Shown here in pieces: positions 56,761 through 64,000 of a stretch of DNA of 64,000 bases. A program made the translations under genes and the position numbers. The DNA is from Octopus vulgaris (taxonomy: Eukaryota), in the NCBI GenBank assembly GCA_951406725.2, contig OX597818.1, positions 33,108,001 to 33,172,000 on the forward strand, given 5' to 3'. Under the pieces are notes generated by a model. It had not been told where the DNA came from, did not search any database, and saw only the letters and a list, made by a program, of their open reading frames with translations. Positions within the stretch are counted from its first letter, which is position 1, and every line of letters starts with the position of its first letter.

Positions 56761-57077
56761 AATATATCCCTTTGCTTTTGCAAAGTTGTCGTTATCCCAA
56801 CATATGATTTAATCAGTCCAGATATCATTTGAAAACTCAGTTTCTAGCAGATCTATAGCTAACTGCACTGAAATGTGGGTTCAGTGCTGTCTAGTACTTT
56901 ATACACTCAAAACAATTTCGGGTACAGGAATTCCTTGGACTCGCAGAATGTTTGAACAGTTTTATTGGCTGTATAAAGTGGTCATACTCGGTAAAGAGCT
57001 GACTTGTGCTATGTGGTGCATCTTTGTAGCTAGCTGAAGAAAATGATAGATATTCACACATATATACACACAAATAT

Positions 57078-57330
57078 ATGCATGGCTTAGTAGTTGAGGT
57101 GTTGCACTCACGATTGCAAGACCAGGCGTTGTGCTGTGTTCTTGAGCAAAGCAATTCATTCCACGTTGAGCTGCGATCATTTCGACATCTGACAATTGTC
57201 ACCCGTTGCACCCTGTACAGGTAATGTCAATCTGATGGAAGAAGTGATCTTATGTCTGCACAAACATTTGATCACTATAAACAAATCATCTGTGTGGTTG
57301 TTTGCTGAACATTTTCCGAAACCTCATGCA
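57078..57330 (+). mobile_element. Possible fourth tRNA-derived SINE (diverged)
   Basis: TGGCTTAGTAGTTGAGGTGTTGCACTCACG head, then GTGTTCTTGAGCAAAGCA. Confidence 0.45.
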
Positions 57331-57375
57331 TAGTCTAACGACAGGAGAGTCCTTTGTTTTATATATATATGTATG

Positions 57376-57527
<152 letters not shown>

Positions 57528-57685
57528 TGAAAACCCCACTAGAATGGGAGAAAGCGCTAATGATCTAAGTGATATGATATATATATATATAAAAAAAATG
57601 TAATATATAAATAAATATCTGTAATATAAACTATCCGATCTTCTGACTACCTCATTTCTTCTAATATATATATATATATATACAC

Positions 57686-57722
<37 letters not shown>

Positions 57723-57766
57723 CACATACATATATATATATACACACATATATATATATATGTATG

Positions 57767-57804
<38 letters not shown>

Positions 57805-58046
57805 TATATAGACACGCACACATATTTATATATACCTATAAAATATAAATGAGTAATAGTAGATGTACACATGTCAATCTGTTACGGTCGGTTTTAACAA
57901 CTTCTATAATTGATTAATGAAAACATTACATCATTGTAAAGATGCAAATTATCCCGACCTAACGAGTTGCCTCAATTTAGGCACCTAATTCACCAGAATC
58001 TTACTTATATATATGTATATATTTATATATAAATATATGTATATAA

Positions 58047-58107
<61 letters not shown>

Positions 58108-58889
58108 CATACGTATATATATGTATATATAAATACATACATACATAGATATATGTATATATATATGTATATATATATATATATATACATATATATACGT
58201 ATATACATACAGGTATTTATATACTCATTCGTACATATATTATATATTCATGTTACGAATGTTCTCTGTCGTCTTTATCACTTCTGTAAGCTATTAAGAA
58301 TTATATTTTGACGATAAATAGCACACTAGTTTTCTTGGATTCTATTATTTTACTATCTAAATTATCATCACATTTAATCCGTCATTGCTTCCCAACAGCC
58401 GATTCCATATGGATGTTTCTCATGTACTAATTTTTGACAGATTTAAATGCACAATTTTATTTCTCCTGAGAACAGGAAACATACAAGTGAAAAACCTTAT
58501 CTTTTCCCCTTTTTTTCAACCAAGTAATAACTAAATACGTAGAACTAACTCAATTTCTGACAGCTTCATAAAAATAAAACAGATAAAAATATATATGAAT
58601 ACGTACCTAAAGTGCCTGTCACACGATTTGAAGGTCATCTACTCAAACCTAATCATTAGAAAAACAAAGAATTAGTTACATTAACAAATTGACATGCCAA
58701 CAATCACCAAAGGGAATTTTTTGTCAACGTGAAATTAACCTAAATGTTTTTGCTAGCTTAGTAAATAAATATTCCGGTCTACAAGAATATATATTTCTAC
58801 TTTCACATTAATTTATATGTGATTTATCGAGAAGATTTCTCCTTTTTTTTTCATTTCCTCCTCCCCTCTCGCTCGCTCTTTATATATCA

Positions 58890-59364
<475 letters not shown>

Positions 59365-59380
59365 TTTTTTATATATTATT

Positions 59381-59439
<59 letters not shown>

Positions 59440-59442
<3 letters not shown>

Positions 59443-59860
59443 CAATTAAGGACAACTACTTAATAAAATACTTTTCCTTATTAAGTAGTTGTCCTTAATT
59501 GCTAAATTTTTATTCCGAAAAAACTTTTCCTCTCCCGAAATGCAATTCGTAAAAGTTTGCCATTTGACCGGATGTAATATATGTAAACTCACCCATGTGC
59601 TTCGTTGATGTTGAACAGTTAGCTGATCGACTTAAGCGGGGCAGGGTCGTTGTTTATTTATAATGCATTCAGGCCTGCTGATGAGTACGTAAGTATGAAA
59701 TCACTGTGATACAGGTCTATATTTTTTTAAATGTCTTACTTTGAAAAATTGCATTCGGTGGGATTAGTAATATTTTTGGTAGAAATGACTAATTGTCCCT
59801 CTTAGCGTTTGGCATGTATATATAATGCCTTCTGGCATGTATGTATAATGCCCTCTATAT
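59440..59860 (+). mobile_element. Hammerhead-bearing non-coding element with terminal fold-back, between (TA)n tracts (Penelope-like pLTR/retrozyme relic)
   Basis: Perfect 26-bp inverted repeat 59441-59466 / 59478-59503 directly after (TA)n; hammerhead at 59671; (TA)n resumes at ~59860. Boundaries are approximate. Confidence 0.6.
59671..59718 (+). ncRNA. Minimal type I hammerhead ribozyme
   Basis: AGGCCTG-CTGATGA-GTAC GTAA GTAT-GAAA-TCA CTG TGA-TA-CAGGTCT: 7-bp stem I, canonical core, 4-bp stem II with a GNRA loop, stem III, AUA cleavage triplet (predicted cut after 59711). Confidence 0.85.
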
Positions 59861-59864
59861 ATAA

Positions 59865-59894
<30 letters not shown>

Positions 59895-59895
<1 letters not shown>

Positions 59896-59996
59896 AGTTA
59901 CGGAGACGTAAAGTTACGGGGACGCTAAGTTACGGGGACGTAAACACACCAGCATCGGTTGGAGAGACGAACACAGACGAACACAGACACACAAAC

Positions 59997-60028
<32 letters not shown>

Positions 60029-60192
60029 ACGACGGGCTTCTTTCAGTTTCCGTCCACCAAATCCACTCACAAGGCTTTGGTCGGCCCGAGGCTATAGTAG
60101 AAGACACTTGCCCAAGTGCCACGCAGTGGGACTGAACCCGGAACCATGTGGTCGCTAAGCAAGCTACTTACAACACAGCCACTCCTACGCCT
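59895..60192 (-). mobile_element. SINE family B, 3'-truncated
   Basis: Matches the 5' two-thirds of family B. Other partial copies lie at ~7930-8160, 8770-8875, 16690-16915, 36450-36647, 41780-41935, 50800-51125, 62590-62760 and 63205-63295. Confidence 0.85.
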
Positions 60193-60199
60193 AACTAGA

Positions 60200-60790
60200 A
60201 ACGAATTCTCTTCAAAACGGAGAAAATATGGAATAGTGGTATTATCAGTTTTCTGCACAAGATAACATTCATGCTGACACGGTTGCTACATTAGTGGATG
60301 ACGCCCCTACATTATTAACAATGCAAAAGTGGGAAACTGAATTTAGAATGGTGGTGGGGTGAGACGACTCAGGATGTGGAGGACTTGCTACTCCAACCAC
60401 CAAGGAAAACGTTGAGCGTGATCATCACATGGTGATGGACAACAGGCGATTGACAATAAAACAAATAGCCAAGATTATTAGCATATACTGTGAGAGAGCT
60501 GACAATATTTTGCCCAATGTATTTAGCATAATGAAGGTTTCTGCTCGGTGGGTGCCACATTTTCTGACAAAAATGCATCAGGCTGATCCTATCACTGGAA
60601 AATCTGACATTGTTCGGGGTAGATCCTGCTGGTTTCCTTGAAAGTTACCTAATCCAGGAGGAATGTAGTATCACTTTGAGCCAAAGAAAATGTGATAATC
60701 TATGAAATGAAAACTCTTCTTTCGATTTCTCCAAACAAGGCCAATAGCCTTTCATCCACAGGGAAAGTGATGGCCTCAGTTTTAGGGGTA
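60200..60790 (+). mobile_element. Decayed mariner transposase (N-terminal half)
   Basis: 'DNRRLTIKQIAK..MKVSARWVPHFLT' (WVPHEL-type motif), then 'GKVMASV'; frameshifted. Confidence 0.8.
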
Positions 60791-61091
60791 CATTTGGTAG
60801 AACGAATAGGATATATAGAACTAATACTAAATCATATAGTTTATATTGTTTTTAATGGACAGAATTTATAATGTGCTTTAGGGGCAGAAAGTCTCATGCA
60901 TCACACTAATCAACCTTTAATAAATGTCAGGTACAAGTACTTAACTACCACCGTATTTTAACGATCCTGGAAGGATGAAGGGTGAAGCTCACCGCTGCAC
61001 AATTTCAAAACAGGGCATGAAGAAACGGAATAATGCAAAGCTTTTATTCTGACGTTCTAAAGATTCTGCCAGCTCAGAACAAGAGCAATAA

Positions 61092-61174
<83 letters not shown>

Positions 61175-62247
61175 CGTGTCTGCCTCTCTGTGCATGCATA
61201 GAAGACGAACTTCAGCATAGTCCTCAACTACCAAATCTCTTTCACAATTTATTGTTCAAAAAATACTTCGTGAATTGAATTTGGCGCATGAAAGAAGTTT
61301 CACAATCTCGAAAATCGAACCAAAATACCTACCATGACCATTTAATTTTCACCTGAACCAAGTAAGAAAAGAGTTACTAGTATAGGTGCATCTTAGTAAA
61401 TTGCAGAATTTAAGATAAAAGTAATAATCAAATATTATTTTATAGAAAACATGCTGAATCGGTACATTTACTATACGGCGCTTTAAAAGGAAAATTATTT
61501 TTATCTTATTTGCCAGCAAGCACGAAAGATAATTCTAGTCATGTTTTACTCTGCTGATTCAGCGGCGGAGCCTCAATGTATTTGTCGGAGCGGTTAGAAC
61601 GGATCTGTAATTAAATATACAGAAATGAATATCTGTTATCATAGAAAACAAAATTATTGAAAATTCAATAATTCTGAATGATTAATTAAACAATAATTCA
61701 ATAATAATATTGTTTTCAAGCGATTCGTACCTTAATATTACTAATCGCTTGTCAGCATATTTAATCAATGGAGCATTAAACGCCCAAAAATCAATTAAAC
61801 ATGCTGTGAGATAAAGAATAATATTAATCAATGACTAACAATGATAAATAAATATTTCCCGAGCATACTCATCTCTGAAATACATGCGTTCGTTTAGTAA
61901 TTATGTATTTAATTAGGCAGGTAATTAACAGAGTCTTTACATGCTAAGAAGAGTAAATTGAGACAGTTAGAGTTGCTGTCATAGTTCAAATTGCCCCGAA
62001 GTGAACTTTGATCTGAAAACTTTCGGGTCGATAAAATAGAGGGCAGCGGAAAGCAAAATTAATAGAGTGATTGTTGTTAGGTCCTAGACTTGATTCGTCG
62101 TCAGGTTTGACACAACCACTTGCTCTTTCCGTTGATCTAACTGAGTTCATTGTGCTGTATGATTCGAGACCTGGTGTCTGGTTTAAGGCCGAAAGGATAA
62201 TTCAGGAAATAATACCGTCAGTGTATAAAGCCACTGAGAAAAGTATA

Positions 62248-62480
62248 TATTTCTTTACTACCCACAAGGGGCTAAATACAGAGGGGACAAACAAGGACAG
62301 ACAGAGGGATTAAGTCGATTGCATCGACCCCAGTGCGTAACTGGTACTTAATTTATCGACCCCGAAACGATGAAAGGCAAAGCCGACCACGGCAGAATTT
62401 GAACTCAGAACGTAACGACAGACGAAATACGGCTACACATTTCGCCCGGCGTGCTAACGTTTCTGCCAGCTCGCCGCCTT
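62248..62480 (-). mobile_element. SINE family A, full length
   Basis: 17-bp TSD CCACTGAGAAAAGTATA (62231-47 / 62481-97). Confidence 0.92.
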
Positions 62481-62810
62481 CCACTGAGAAAAGTATAATG
62501 CGATAGTACATTTATAATATTATATATCAGTAGGCGCGACTAGGTGCACGAGCGGCTAGGTGCAAGCTATTTTAGGTGCAGGGGTGGCTAGGTGCAGGCG
62601 TGGCTGTGTGGGAATAAACTTGCATCTCAACCACAAGGTTCCGGGTTCAGTTCCACTGCGTGGCAACTTAGGCAACTGTCTTCTATTGTAGCATCTGGCT
62701 GACCAAAACCTTGTGAGTTGATTTGGTAGAAGGAAACTGAAAGAAGACTGACGTGTGTATATATATTACATATAAGGGACCAAAGTGTACATATGCCGCT
62801 ATATGTTTTA

Positions 62811-63142
62811 TATATAAAAAAATAAAAAATGGGACAAGAACGCAAAACATTCAGACAGTTGGGTACGTATTTTTCCGTCCTGGTTTTCGTCTACATCCGC
62901 TGCTTTCTACTAAGGAATCTTATGCTCTTAGCTTAGTTTTTCCTTGGGGCTGGCCAGATTGAAGCAATCTCGAGTAGAACCAGCCGAAATTGTAAAAATA
63001 ATCTGTAACTCGGCTGAGGAAAGAAAACTCCGAATGACCCGTCCTTGTTTTCTTTGTATCATGTGTCTGGATTCATTGTTCTCCCATTTTTGTATTACCT
63101 AACTGTCTGGATGTTTTGCGTTCTTGTCCCATTTTGTATTTT

Positions 63143-63150
<8 letters not shown>
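62811..63150. mobile_element. Non-coding element with 40-bp inverted ends, inserted in the internal microsatellite of a SINE
   Basis: 62826-62865 and 63096-63135 are inverted copies with 2 differences; TA-rich sequence flanks both ends; halves of SINE family B lie on either side. Confidence 0.6.
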
Positions 63151-63207
<57 letters not shown>

Positions 63208-63414
63208 TATGTGTGCCTCTCTGACAGTGTTTGTCCCCATCACCATCGCTTGAGCCATGCTTGAACACCATGCGGTGCTCCAGCATGGCTGCAGTGTGTG
63301 TGTGTGTGTTTGCATAAGGAAATGAATCTCAAAACGCAGCAGTCTTTTAAAATTATTTAACTTAACCGGTTTCACTTATTTGAAAAGATGTTCCAAGTAA
63401 AATATGAGGTTTTG

Positions 63415-63802
63415 TGCATCCTCTATGGTGTCGAATATTAGTTTACAAAAATGTATTCAAAACAAGTCATAGAGCCTTTGACAATAACAAAAAGGTTTGA
63501 GGCTTTGTGTATCCTCTGTGATGAGTTAAAAAATAGTTTACAGGTAAACATTCAGATCAGGTAACAGAATTTTTTTATGATAAGAAGAAAAAATGGTTTA
63601 CATGAATATATCTCGATCAAGTAATAGAGTCTTTGACAAGAAAATAAAATATGTTTACCCTCTGTGATGAGTCAAGAAATAGTTTACATAAAAATATTCA
63701 GATCAGATTATGAATTTTTTTAATAATAATAAGATGAAAATTAGTTTACATGTATATATCCCGATCAAATAATAGTGTTTTTGAGAAGAAGATAAAATAT
63801 GT
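63415..63802 (+). repeat. Diverged tandem repeat, ~146-bp period
   Basis: CTCTGTGATGAG at 63514 and 63660; recurring TAGTTTACA..ATTCAGATCAG and CGATCAA.TAATAG motifs. Confidence 0.7.
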
Positions 63803-64000
63803 AACAGACCATTTAGAGTTCTCGGATCTGGCTTCTAAGGGTCTTGCATCTGGTTGGAGTTTGGCAGTTTTAAAAAGAGTTGCAATTCTTCTGTATAAAA
63901 TCTTCCTGTTATCCAAAAATGATAAATGTTAATGATATACAACTTAAATGATTTACAACTTAAATGTATGTATACATATATACATACACACTACACTTCG

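Noticed and set aside
57950-57995. CTAACGA-GTTGCCT..AGGCAC hammerhead-like stretch (and CTAATAA-TGGG..CCCA at ~17475-17500)
   Set aside because: The core is mutated and GAAA or stem I is absent; too degenerate to call without a family consensus.

Overview
This is AT-rich eukaryotic non-coding DNA packed with microsatellites ((TA)n, (CA)n, (TATC)n, (TACA)n, (GAA/CTT)n, (GGT)n, (GAT)n). The repeat repertoire looks like an octopus/cephalopod genome (inference). I can support no intact host gene: almost all ORFs in the track are translated microsatellites or transposon debris. Recognisable content includes at least three or four tRNA-derived SINE families in many copies (some nested, some with clear TSDs), CR1/L2-group LINE fragments, RTE-clade LINE fragments, a complete but decayed Tc1 element with TIRs and TA TSD, mariner/maT relics, a hAT-type MITE and Helitron-like relics. 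The most striking signal is a set of short non-coding elements that sit in (TA)n microsatellites, have fold-back (inverted) architecture and carry type I hammerhead ribozymes. The best case is 54123-55334: a highly structured 487-bp unit present as more than one tandem copy and folded back into a ~545-bp near-perfect palindrome, each arm carrying an intact hammerhead with an unusually long stem II. A second, unrelated minimal hammerhead lies at 59671-59718, and degenerate ones lie at 30.7/31.4 kb, 37.06 kb and 40.9 kb. Together these suggest a retrozyme or Penelope-like pLTR system. One SINE family also shares a structured 3' tail, with compensatory changes, with the local CR1-like LINE.
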